The notes below the pieces were generated by a model. That model was not told the origin of the DNA. It saw only the letters and a list, made by a program, of their open reading frames with translations, and made no database searches. A DNA stretch of 46,983 bases from an uncultured Bacilli bacterium (lineage in GTDB: Bacteria > Bacillota_I > Bacilli_A > RF39 > UBA660): positions 1 to 46,983 of the forward strand of contig CALVQH010000003.1 of NCBI GenBank assembly GCA_944358115.1, in the 5' to 3' direction. Below are positions 8,136 to 16,549 of the stretch, in pieces. Numbering within the stretch: position 1 is the stretch's first letter; the number at the start of each line of letters is the position of its first letter. Made by a program: the position numbers and the translations under genes.

Positions 8136-9512
8136 TTAAAAATTGAAATAAGATTTTGTTGGATCAAGATTTGCTTTTTTTAACTCTATCATTTCATCAA
8201 TTGAAACAAAGGCATATTCATCTTTTAGTTCTTCCATTGCTAAAAGTGCACCTTCTACACTTGTTGTATAAATATCATGAAGGAGAATAATTGCTCCATC
8301 ATGGGCATGAGATACTATATTGTCTTTTATCTTTTCAGCATCTTTATATTTCCAATCTTCTGTATCAACATCCCATAAAATAGAATACATATTACTTAAA
8401 GAGCGAATATGTTCATTGGTATTACCATAAGGTGCTCTTAGGTATTGAGGCTTGATACCAATTATTTTTTCTATTTCATCATTAGTATTATTAATTTCTT
8501 TCATAATATCATAGTCTCCTAATTTAAATAAATTAAGATGACTATAAGTATGACTTCCTATTGTATTTCCCATTTCATAAGCTCTTTTTAAAGATTTACT
8601 ATAAGTATTTACCCTGCTTCCTAACACAAAAAATGTTACACGAGCATCATATTGATCTAAATTATCTAATAATTTATTTGTTGGACCATCACTTGGACCA
8701 TCATCAAAAGTAAAGGCTAGTAACTTTTTATCTTGGAATTTGCTTAAATCTCTCTTTTGAGGAGTAGAAGTGGTAACATTTTCTGGTTCTATGGATAAAT
8801 ATTCTTCTTTAATGATACCTTTTAACTTTGTTTCTGGTATCATAATTGTAATTTCACCATCAGAATGAGGTCCTACTTGATAGGGAGCAAAAGAAAGTTC
8901 TAAGCCATTTTCATTTAAATTAAAATTGGAAAAGTGTTCAATGTTAGCACTTGTTCCCTCTTTAATCCATTCATCATCATATTCTCGATTTTCATCTTGA
9001 TAATATTTTACTGTATAATAGTAAGCTAAATTGGATAAATCTTGTAGTTTATTTTCATTTGCTAAAAAATTTAGTAAATTAATTTCTTCTCCCGTTTCTG
9101 GATTAAAATAATAAGATTTATCTTCTTTTATATAATGAGCACCACCGGTATAAGAATAGATATTGACATGTAATGCTTGATAATCAAATAAAGATGTTAG
9201 AGAATATGTAATTGATAAATCTAATTTGGTTTGTGTAACACCTTTTAAATTTTCTGCCGTTGTTAAAAATTCTTCTTTTGCTTCGGTAATATAGTCTGTT
9301 ACTTCTTTTTCAATCTTTTTATTTGCTAACTTAGGATAGTCAATTTTTAATGTGTAATTTTCTTCTTCTTTTATTTCATGAATTTCATTTTCTAAATTTT
9401 TATCAGAATGATAAAAGCTTAAAGAGATTAAAACTATTCCAATCATTAATGTGCTTAATAACATTTTAGCTGTTTTTGTTAATTTTATTTTTTTACTTCT
9501 TTTATAACTCAT
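8136..9512 (-). CDS. PdaC-like peptidoglycan deacetylase (N-terminal TM anchor, DUF3298/RsiV-like domain, NodB polysaccharide deacetylase domain)
   Basis: NodB motifs FTFDDGP and HTYSH. N-terminal anchor LLSTLMIGIVLISLSF. 458 aa, the same architecture as B. subtilis PdaC. Confidence 0.75.
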   Translation of the reverse strand: MSYKRSKKIKLTKTAKMLLSTLMIGIVLISLSFYHSDKNLENEIHEIKEEENYTLKIDYPKLANKKIEKEVTDYITEAKEEFLTTAENLKGVTQTKLDLSITYSLTSLFDYQALHVNIYSYTGGAHYIKEDKSYYFNPETGEEINLLNFLANENKLQDLSNLAYYYTVKYYQDENREYDDEWIKEGTSANIEHFSNFNLNENGLELSFAPYQVGPHSDGEITIMIPETKLKGIIKEEYLSIEPENVTTSTPQKRDLSKFQDKKLLAFTFDDGPSDGPTNKLLDNLDQYDARVTFFVLGSRVNTYSKSLKRAYEMGNTIGSHTYSHLNLFKLGDYDIMKEINNTNDEIEKIIGIKPQYLRAPYGNTNEHIRSLSNMYSILWDVDTEDWKYKDAEKIKDNIVSHAHDGAIILLHDIYTTSVEGALLAMEELKDEYAFVSIDEMIELKKANLDPTKSYFNF

Positions 9513-9547
9513 AATGATACCTCGAACCCATTATACTATAAAAGCAA

Positions 9548-9579
9548 AGAAAAAAGTCAAATGTGTGGCTACACTTGAC
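9548..9579 (-). terminator. intrinsic terminator of the GntR-ABC operon
   Basis: Minus strand gtcaagtgta-gcc-acacatttgac (bulged stem), followed by ttttttctttgc. Confidence 0.5.
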
Positions 9580-9589
9580 ATAGGTTAGA

Positions 9590-10243
9590 CTAAAATTCTT
9601 TCTTTTTATAGATTTTACAAGAAACTAGATAGGAAAAGTAAAGGATTAAAGAGATTATTGATATAACAATTAAGATTAAAACAATATAATTTAATTTTTC
9701 TAACTTATTAAAGAAAGAAGCAATATTTAAACCTGAATTTTCAAATACAGAAATGATGAAACCTATTAATAAAGAGATTCCCATAATTGCTATAAATAAA
9801 ACCACTCTTCCCTTTTGAACACCAAATTGATAGAAAAAAGGAATTAAAAGAGCAATGACAAATACCACTCCCAAAATAGATGCAGTAGTAGATGCAAAGG
9901 TACTTATAAAATCCATATCTTGGTTGATCAAAGGAATTATTAATGATAAAATAAGACCAATTAATAATGCCGTAATAATACTTAACACACATAATACATA
10001 TCTTGATTTTACAATTGTTTTGCGATTAGTAGGTAGAGCGACTAAATAAGTGTTAGCATGATTTAAATCATCGTAACTAAATGCCGATATTACTAGCATA
10101 ACAATATAAAATGGAATTACAAAAGCAATATAAAAGTAATTTTCCATCCATATTGATAAAAGAATAAATCCTATTATTACAATTAATATATTGCGCATTT
10201 GATTTTTTAAAATCAGTAAATCTTTTAAAATTAATCCTTTCAT
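9590..10243 (-). CDS. ABC-2 type transporter permease
   Basis: 217 aa, six hydrophobic segments. A 4-nt overlap with the upstream ATPase gene. Confidence 0.65.
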   Translation of the reverse strand: MKGLILKDLLILKNQMRNILIVIIGFILLSIWMENYFYIAFVIPFYIVMLVISAFSYDDLNHANTYLVALPTNRKTIVKSRYVLCVLSIITALLIGLILSLIIPLINQDMDFISTFASTTASILGVVFVIALLIPFFYQFGVQKGRVVLFIAIMGISLLIGFIISVFENSGLNIASFFNKLEKLNYIVLILIVISIISLILYFSYLVSCKIYKKKEF

Positions 10244-11064
10244 TCTTTTTCACCTCGAACTAATAAATACATCATTTCATCAATATTGGCTTTATCAATG
10301 TTTAACTCTTTATATTTTTTCTTTAATTCTTTTTTATTTGCAATTAAAACTTCATAGTCATATTTGTTTTGGCGATAATTTAGAGCATTATCTTTTAATT
10401 CTTCAAATATTTCTTTGGTACAATGAATGATACCATAATTATCCATGATTTTGATCATCGATTCATTTAATATGATTTTACCATTATTCATTAAAACAAT
10501 GGAATCAGCAATATTTTCTAGATCACTTGTAATATGAGAAGAAATTAAAATACTATGGTCATCACTTTCCATGAATTCTCGGAATAAATCAAGTACTTCT
10601 CCTCTTACAATTGGATCTAAACCACTCGTTGGTTCATCTAATATGAGAAGGCGAGGATGATGAGATAAAGATGTTGCTATTTCTAGTTTCTTTTTCATTC
10701 CTTTAGAAAGAGATTTTATGGTAACATTGTTGATTAAATTAAATTTCTTTAAGTACTCTTGAAATTTTTTTTCATCCCAGTTTTTATAAATATTTTTCAT
10801 AATTATGTTAATATCATTGATTTTTAATAATTCTGGTAAAAAGGCGTCATCTAAGACAATACCAATTTCCTCTTTTGGAATAATATCAATATTACCAGCA
10901 TCTTTTTTGATCATTCCTAGTAATAATTTAATTAAAGTAGTTTTACCAGCGCCATTTGCTCCAACTAGACCAACAACGGAACCAGTAGGTATTGTTAAAT
11001 TTAAATTATCTAAATTAAAATGTTCATATTTTTTTGATAAATTTTCAACATGTATGATATCCAT
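10240..11064 (-). CDS. ABC transporter ATP-binding protein
   Basis: Walker A GANGAGKTT, signature LSKGMKKKLE, Walker B LLILDEPTSGLD, H-loop SSH. Confidence 0.9.
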   Translation of the reverse strand: MDIIHVENLSKKYEHFNLDNLNLTIPTGSVVGLVGANGAGKTTLIKLLLGMIKKDAGNIDIIPKEEIGIVLDDAFLPELLKINDINIIMKNIYKNWDEKKFQEYLKKFNLINNVTIKSLSKGMKKKLEIATSLSHHPRLLILDEPTSGLDPIVRGEVLDLFREFMESDDHSILISSHITSDLENIADSIVLMNNGKIILNESMIKIMDNYGIIHCTKEIFEELKDNALNYRQNKYDYEVLIANKKELKKKYKELNIDKANIDEMMYLLVRGEKE

Positions 11065-11067
11065 TTT

Positions 11068-11442
11068 TTATTCCTCCTTTAAAAGGGTATCTAACATTTC
11101 TGCTATTTCTTTATAGTCAATGTTATAAGTATCAGCAAGATTAATTGCTTCACTTAGTTTTTCTTCAATTTTAGTATAAATTTCTTCTTTACGAAATTCT
11201 TCACTTTTTTTCTTCACAAAATAGCCTTTTCCGGGAATAGATCCAATAAAGCCATCATGTTCTAATTCTTCATAAGCTCTTTTGGTTGTGATGTTACTAA
11301 TACGAAGATCACGAGCTAAAGAACGAATGGATGGAAGTGCTTCTCCGCCCATTAATTCTCCTTTTAAAATGCTTTCTTTGATACTATTTATAATTTGTTC
11401 ATAAATGGGTGTATCAACAGAATTACTAATGATTATTTGCAA
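11068..11442 (-). CDS. GntR-family (YtrA subfamily) transcriptional regulator
   Basis: wHTH LPSIRSLARDLRISNITTKRAYEELEHDGFI; short YtrA-like C-terminus. I place the start at TTG 11442 (SD agaggtga 4 nt upstream). The ORF-track extension to 11496 would run through the promoter. Confidence 0.8.
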   Translation of the reverse strand: MQIIISNSVDTPIYEQIINSIKESILKGELMGGEALPSIRSLARDLRISNITTKRAYEELEHDGFIGSIPGKGYFVKKKSEEFRKEEIYTKIEEKLSEAINLADTYNIDYKEIAEMLDTLLKEE

Positions 11443-11455
11443 ACTATCACCTCTT

Positions 11456-11496
11456 CTGTATATATACACTATATACAGTTTATATACGTTTGTCAA
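11456..11496 (-). promoter_or_regulatory. promoter plus palindromic operator of the GntR-ABC operon
   Basis: Minus strand TTGACA (11496-11491) - 17 nt - TATAGT (11473-11468). Inverted repeat CTGTATATA-n5-TATATACAG at 11456-11478 overlaps the -10 and the start site. Confidence 0.6.
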
Positions 11497-11516
11497 GTAA
11501 AAAATAACAAAAGATG

Positions 11517-11542
11517 AAAAAAAGCTTATTTTTTTAATAAGC
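11517..11542 (-). terminator. intrinsic terminator of the 11526-12407 gene
   Basis: gcttatt-ttttt-aataagc hairpin overlapping the stop codon; T-run tttttttc on the minus strand. Confidence 0.5.
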
Positions 11543-12407
11543 CTATTCCTAAATATATATTTTTACCTGCTAATAAATGTTGTTTTAATTTCTTTTGTAA
11601 AGAAGTTGTTTCTGGTAATTCATTTGTGTTTTGACATTCTTTTAATTCAAAGACAAAATTTAGAATATCACTTGTGCATTCACTTCCCTTTTTGATCTCA
11701 AATAATTGTGAAAACTTAAAAATATTCGAATTTTCATTTAGCTCATTTAATACTTCTTGGCTTAGTAGCCATGAACAGCAATAATATTTAGGTTTTTTTA
11801 AATGAAAATATTTTTTTATTTTTTGAGGAGCCTTATTTAACGATTTTTTTACTTCTTTTATTTCTAATGTTTTTCCTCTCGGAATATGGATTTTTATTCC
11901 TTCTTCTACTTCATTTGTTAGAGGATTTTTAAAGCTTATTTCATATTGCAATCTTCCTATTTCGATGATTCGCTCTTTTGTAAAATAAATTCCCCATAAC
12001 ATTTGGGATATTCTAATCCTTTCATATCCTCTTTTTATTATATCATTTAGTAAGGATTCTCGAATTCTTCTTTTGGCTATTTTTATTTGTTTATGCGAAA
12101 AATGGCGTCTATTTTCTTTTAAAATTGGATAAGCACTTAATAAAATAATGTTAGTTAAAAAAGGAATGCTACTCTCTTTTAATATTTCTTCTAAATCTTC
12201 AATATTCCATAAACTTTTTAAATACTCATCATCTTTTAACATTCTTTCTCGAATCGCTAATACTTTTTCTAATAACTTTGGATTTTTTTCTAGTTCTTCT
12301 AAGCTTTTTAGACATTTCTTGGCATAATTTTCATCTTTGATTTGATAAAAAGCTAAGGCTTGTTTTATTTGCTCTTGATTCATTGAAAAGTTCACCCTCT
12401 TTATCAT
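11526..12407 (-). CDS. hypothetical protein (possibly a DUF5596/GNAT-like acyltransferase-domain protein)
   Basis: 293-aa ORF. The N-terminal helical region (QALAFYQIKDENYAKKCLKSLEELEKNPKLLEKVLAIRERML) resembles acyltransferase-domain proteins from memory only. Confidence 0.4.
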   Translation of the reverse strand: MIKRVNFSMNQEQIKQALAFYQIKDENYAKKCLKSLEELEKNPKLLEKVLAIRERMLKDDEYLKSLWNIEDLEEILKESSIPFLTNIILLSAYPILKENRRHFSHKQIKIAKRRIRESLLNDIIKRGYERIRISQMLWGIYFTKERIIEIGRLQYEISFKNPLTNEVEEGIKIHIPRGKTLEIKEVKKSLNKAPQKIKKYFHLKKPKYYCCSWLLSQEVLNELNENSNIFKFSQLFEIKKGSECTSDILNFVFELKECQNTNELPETTSLQKKLKQHLLAGKNIYLGIGLLKK

Positions 12408-12472
12408 ATCATATTTTTTCTATTTATGAATAATTTTATTTGTTTTCATGTATTATATTAATAGGTGAGTTT

Positions 12473-12994
12473 ATGACTTTAAAGAAATGGAAAATTATTA
12501 GTATTGTTGGTATCTTTTTAGTAAGTGCCCTATTACACTTTATTTATGATTGGTTTCCTAATTTTTTTACTAGTTTATTTTTTCCTGTTAATGAAAGTAT
12601 TTGGGAACATAATAAAATTATTGTTGGATCTTTTTTGATTTTGGCAATTATTGAAAAAATTTATTATAAGAAACGCAAGAATGTTATTTTTGCGGAAGTT
12701 ATTTCGGCTCTGGTATGTATGACTTTAGTTATGCTTATTTTTACGCCTGTTTATTTATATATTTTGAAAACGAATGATAATATGATTGTTACATTTGCTA
12801 TTTTTATTATTGCAATTACTATTAGTCAAATTGTTTCTTATCATTTACTACAAAAAGAATATTATCCTAGGTTAGAAGAATTAGGTGTGATTCTCTTTGT
12901 TATTTTCTTCTTGATCAATATCATATTTACTTACTATCCACCAAAATTTGCTATCTTTTATGATTATACGAATCAAATTTATGGATTAAAATGA
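12473..12994 (+). CDS. small polytopic membrane protein, paralogue 1 (pairs with 16550-17059)
   Basis: Start moved to ATG 12473 (SD aggtgag). About 5 TM segments. Shared motif W-F-P-x-F-x-T-S-L-x-x-P-(V/I)-N-(E/D)-x-I-W-(E/Q)-x-N-K with the second copy. Confidence 0.6.
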   Translation: MTLKKWKIISIVGIFLVSALLHFIYDWFPNFFTSLFFPVNESIWEHNKIIVGSFLILAIIEKIYYKKRKNVIFAEVISALVCMTLVMLIFTPVYLYILKTNDNMIVTFAIFIIAITISQIVSYHLLQKEYYPRLEELGVILFVIFFLINIIFTYYPPKFAIFYDYTNQIYGLK

Positions 12995-13599
12995 TGAGTT
13001 TTATTTAAGGAATTTATAATAAATGAGATTACCTCATCATCTTTATCTTGCTTTTTATTGTTTAGTCGATCTTCTTCTGTCAGATCAACAAAATATTTGT
13101 TTAGCCTTTTATCAATGGAAATAGAATCTAGGGGATAACCGGGATTTCTTTTTTTATTTACATCACTCACTAAATAAAAATCTTCATAGCTCCATGAATA
13201 TTCATAAGTATTACCATCATTTATTAAAACCATGCCATATACCCATCTTGCTTTTAACTTACCACCATATTCTTTAACTAATTTGGTATAATACTCGATC
13301 ATTTCATCATCATTTAATTCTTTACCATTAATTCTTCTCACATAAGTGCCTGGTTGTAATTCATCTGGAATGCCTTCAATAAATAAATTGTTATCCATGC
13401 CTATGGTCGGAAGTTCTAATTCATCATAATATGCTTTTGCTTTAATATAAGCATTTTCTATCGCATTTTTACCAGTTTCTTCTACGGGAATATGAGTATC
13501 AATATCTTTTAATGTTAATAATTCAATTCCAAGTTTTAATAACTTTTCTTTATAATTTCTAACTTTAGCGGGATTAGAGGTCGCAAATAGCACTTTCAT
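12979..13599 (-). CDS. HAM1/RdgB-like non-canonical NTP pyrophosphatase, divergent (paralogue A)
   Basis: MKVLFATSNPAKVRNY..., ETGKNAIENAYIKAKAYY, PTIGMDNNLF, PGTYVRR. These correspond to the Ham1 motifs (T-x-N-x-K; ETG..ENA.IKA; DDSGL-like Asp; PG..S.R). No C-terminal SHR motif. The start overlaps the upstream stop as TAATG. Confidence 0.65.
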   Translation of the reverse strand: MKVLFATSNPAKVRNYKEKLLKLGIELLTLKDIDTHIPVEETGKNAIENAYIKAKAYYDELELPTIGMDNNLFIEGIPDELQPGTYVRRINGKELNDDEMIEYYTKLVKEYGGKLKARWVYGMVLINDGNTYEYSWSYEDFYLVSDVNKKRNPGYPLDSISIDKRLNKYFVDLTEEDRLNNKKQDKDDEVISFIINSLNKTHHFNP

Positions 13600-14036
13600 T
13601 ATTCCTCTCCTTTCATACTTTTTAAATAGTTATCTAAATTTTTATTTTGTTTTATTTCTGATACAAAATTAGGTTTAAATTGATCTAAATATTCAATTAT
13701 CAAATTGACATATTGATTAATGTTTTTATCATTCACAATATCTTTCAAATATTTGCTGATTCCTTTTTTCGTGTTTACTCTATCTATGTAGAATGCAAGT
13801 AAATTGGTGTTTCCTACTTTTTCTTTTGCTGATAAAACTATAGAAAGTAACGCCTCTCTTGTAGCACTATATCTTGCTTTATAGCCACCACATCTAGAAA
13901 AAAGTATTAGAGCGCATCCTACAAATAATTTGTCTGTTCCATCACTTGGAAATGTTTTTTTGGCAAATTCGATTAGACTTTCTATATTATTTTTTTCATA
14001 ATCATCATATAATTCCATTAAAATTCGATTAATCAT
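13599..14036 (-). CDS. hypothetical 145-aa protein, predicted all-alpha, no recognisable motif
   Basis: ORF with SD aggtaggaag. Translationally coupled to paralogue A. Confidence 0.55.
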   Translation of the reverse strand: MINRILMELYDDYEKNNIESLIEFAKKTFPSDGTDKLFVGCALILFSRCGGYKARYSATREALLSIVLSAKEKVGNTNLLAFYIDRVNTKKGISKYLKDIVNDKNINQYVNLIIEYLDQFKPNFVSEIKQNKNLDNYLKSMKGEE

Positions 14037-14074
14037 AAATTTAACTTCCTACCTTAATTATTTTTCTCAAGTTT

Positions 14075-14737
14075 TTAAGTTCTTTTTTTTAATTCCTTAT
14101 TCATTATCCATTTGATATCTTCAATCGATTTGTTTATGTTAAACCGTCCGTTACCAATAGGATAATATACAGAATAAAATTTATAATTTGTTCCATTAAT
14201 ATCTTTTAAAAATAACTTTTTTCTTACTTGTGATACTGAAATTTTTTTATTCAAAACAATGGAACTTACTTGATTACCAAAAAGAATAATTACCTTAGGT
14301 TTAACAATTTCTATTTCTTTTTCTAATAATTGTAAATATTGCTTGTAAACTGAATTAGGTAAAGCTCTAGCATCCGGTTGCGTGCATTTTCCTAAATTAG
14401 TAATAAAATATTTATGCTTTATTACATCATCATATACTTCCCTAGCAAAGTCTTCTGTCCATTCTTTTCCTTTTTTTGATTTTATTTTGTTATATGTATT
14501 TTTATCCAAAAGATTTACTTCAGCAAATAAATCCCATATATTTTTTGTTCCAATCCAAGGCGCTTTTAATCCTTTCCATGTTTTAGAAGAAGCTATATTT
14601 CTTCCAGTTGGATTCATAAAAACAAAGCAAATATCTGGTCGATTTTCGCATCCTCCATTATAAATAGAATCAAGCTCTTTAGCTCCATACTTTTTTCCAA
14701 GTTTATCATATTCTTTATTTAAATCAGTTAAAATCAT
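14075..14737 (-). CDS. uracil-DNA glycosylase superfamily protein (Asn-type motif 1, MUG/SMUG/HDG-like)
   Basis: Motif 1 CFVFMNPTGRN (compare GINPG/GMNPG). Later ITNLGKC, IILFGNQ and a C-terminal YYPIGNG motif-2-like loop. 220 aa. SD aaaggtg in the 12-nt gap after the upstream gene. Confidence 0.65.
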   Translation of the reverse strand: MILTDLNKEYDKLGKKYGAKELDSIYNGGCENRPDICFVFMNPTGRNIASSKTWKGLKAPWIGTKNIWDLFAEVNLLDKNTYNKIKSKKGKEWTEDFAREVYDDVIKHKYFITNLGKCTQPDARALPNSVYKQYLQLLEKEIEIVKPKVIILFGNQVSSIVLNKKISVSQVRKKLFLKDINGTNYKFYSVYYPIGNGRFNINKSIEDIKWIMNKELKKRT

Positions 14738-14749
14738 TATAACACCTTT

Positions 14750-15385
14750 TTACTTTGATAACTTTCTCATTTCTTTGTGTTCTATTTCATAAATCGTATT
14801 TAATATAAAATCAAAGATTTCTTGTTGTTCTATATCCATCGTTTCTTTTTCTTCCTCTTCTGTTAGTTCGGACTTGAATTTATTTAGGGAAGGTATAATT
14901 TGAATAGAAGCTAGTGGATAGCCCTCATCAATTACTTTGCTTTGCCTATTCGTAAAACAGCGATTTGCTTGATAATCAAAGGTATAAATATCATTATCGT
15001 CAATTATAGCAACACCTTTTAAAAAATATCCTAACAATTTTCCATCTTTTCCATACTTATTTACTAGACTTATATAATAATCTATCATCTCTTTATCATT
15101 TAAACGTCTGTTATTTACTCTTCTTACATGTGTACCAGGTTGTATTTCATCAGGAATATTTTCTAGAAATAATCCTTCATCTAGCGCTATCGTTGGAATA
15201 TGACTTATTCCATAGTATGCTTTAGCTTTAATAATAGCATTTTCAATTGGATTGTTTCCTGTTTCATCCACATCACAAGTAATCCCTAGTTCTTCTAAGG
15301 TTACTATATCTATTCCTTTTTGTTTTAATTTATTCCCATAATATCTTATCTTGGCTTTATTAGTAGTAGCTAATAGTATCTTCAT
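14750..15385 (-). CDS. HAM1/RdgB-like non-canonical NTP pyrophosphatase, divergent (paralogue B)
   Basis: MKILLATTNKAKIRYY, DETGNNPIENAIIKAKAYY, PTIALDEGLF, PGTHVRR. Roughly 40-50% identical by eye to paralogue A over the N-terminal half. SD aggaga. Confidence 0.65.
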   Translation of the reverse strand: MKILLATTNKAKIRYYGNKLKQKGIDIVTLEELGITCDVDETGNNPIENAIIKAKAYYGISHIPTIALDEGLFLENIPDEIQPGTHVRRVNNRRLNDKEMIDYYISLVNKYGKDGKLLGYFLKGVAIIDDNDIYTFDYQANRCFTNRQSKVIDEGYPLASIQIIPSLNKFKSELTEEEEKETMDIEQQEIFDFILNTIYEIEHKEMRKLSK

Positions 15386-15406
15386 TATATTCTCCTAACT
15401 TCCTAT

Positions 15407-15435
15407 ATTATAAATTCTTTTCTTATTTTTGTCTA
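15407..15435 (-). promoter_or_regulatory. candidate promoter of the four-gene HAM1/UDG operon
   Basis: Minus strand TAGACA - 17 nt - TATAAT in the 63-nt gap between the ORF6N gene and paralogue B. Confidence 0.45.
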
Positions 15436-15448
15436 TTGTTTATCCTTT

Positions 15449-16252
15449 TTATATTCTATCAATTAAAGCTTTTATTATCATTTTATCATTAATTAAAGTA
15501 ATAGAAAATGTTTTATATCCTATTCTATTAATACTAGCACCGCAATGATAAACAATTTCGTTATCTATTATAAAATATCTATCATGAAATGTATTATCAT
15601 ATTTTATTGTTAAATTATGATACTGTTTGTTATATTTTTCTATATCTTGTTCGCTTAATAAATTATTTTTCCTTGTTATAATTTTCACTTTAACATTTAA
15701 TCTTTTTATTATATCAAGCAATGTATGATCAGCATAAGAATCTATTATAATTAATTCTTTCTTAACACTTTTAAAAATATCTAATATTTTCGAATACGCA
15801 TCATAAATTTGACCATTAAAATAAATTTCACTATCTTTTCTTTTTTCTTCAAGTTTTTGAAATGACTCTTCTAAAACTTTTATTTTATCATGGTCTTTTA
15901 ATACTAAATTATTAATATATTTTTGTTCTATTAAATTAGCTCCTATGTATTTGCGCATGGCAACAAAAGCATCCATTATTTTGATGCTCACTTCTTCTGC
16001 TACTGAAGTTCTAAGTATCGTTGCTAGCATGGCCACACCTTGCTCTGTGAAAGCATATGGCAAATACTTAATATTATGTCCTTGTCCTTTCAAGGTTTCG
16101 ATTTGAAACCTTGAAATACTACTTACTTCTTCAATGGTTAACTGAAACATAAATCTTTCCGGAAACCTATTAATATGTCTTTTAACTGCTAAATTAATAG
16201 TTTTTGTTCCATTAGCACACTTATAAAGTTTGGCTAGATCACTATCTAACAT
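15449..16252 (-). CDS. ORF6N-domain DNA-binding protein with C-terminal PLD-like (HxRx4D) domain; N-terminus disrupted by a 1-nt frameshift (original start probably ATG 16323)
   Basis: MLDSDLAKLYKCANGTKTINLAVKRHINRFPERFMFQLT is the ORF6N core. The C-terminus has FHDRYFIIDNEIVYHCGASIN. The upstream in-frame codons NLIYEIRGKQV are preceded by TGA. A separate short frame MNDIVLNQKDKIEI* (16323-16279) carries the missing N-terminus. Confidence 0.65.
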   Translation of the reverse strand: MLDSDLAKLYKCANGTKTINLAVKRHINRFPERFMFQLTIEEVSSISRFQIETLKGQGHNIKYLPYAFTEQGVAMLATILRTSVAEEVSIKIMDAFVAMRKYIGANLIEQKYINNLVLKDHDKIKVLEESFQKLEEKRKDSEIYFNGQIYDAYSKILDIFKSVKKELIIIDSYADHTLLDIIKRLNVKVKIITRKNNLLSEQDIEKYNKQYHNLTIKYDNTFHDRYFIIDNEIVYHCGASINRIGYKTFSITLINDKMIIKALIDRI

Positions 16253-16549
16253 TACTTGTTTGCCACGTATTTCATAAATTAAATTTCAATTTTGTCTTTC
16301 TGATTTAAAACAATATCATTCATATTCTACCCCACTGATTTTTTAAGAGAATTATATCAAAACATACTTTTTGTTTGTCAATAATTTGTTTAAAAATGTA
16401 AATACATTTTATGTACTTTCCCATAAGAAAAAAACTTGAGATAAATCTTAAGCTCTTTTAAATAATAACACAATATTTTGGTGCATTCATGTGTTTAATT
16501 TTTTACATAAATACAGCAAAAATTATTAAACTAATAAAAAGGTGATTTT

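Noticed and set aside
12979-16323. Interpreting the HAM1/UDG/ORF6N block as a prophage remnant or integrative element.
   Set aside because: There are no integrase, recombinase, transposase, phage structural or replication genes, and no flanking direct repeats that I could see. Only the ORF6N/PLD-like gene hints at mobile-element ancestry.
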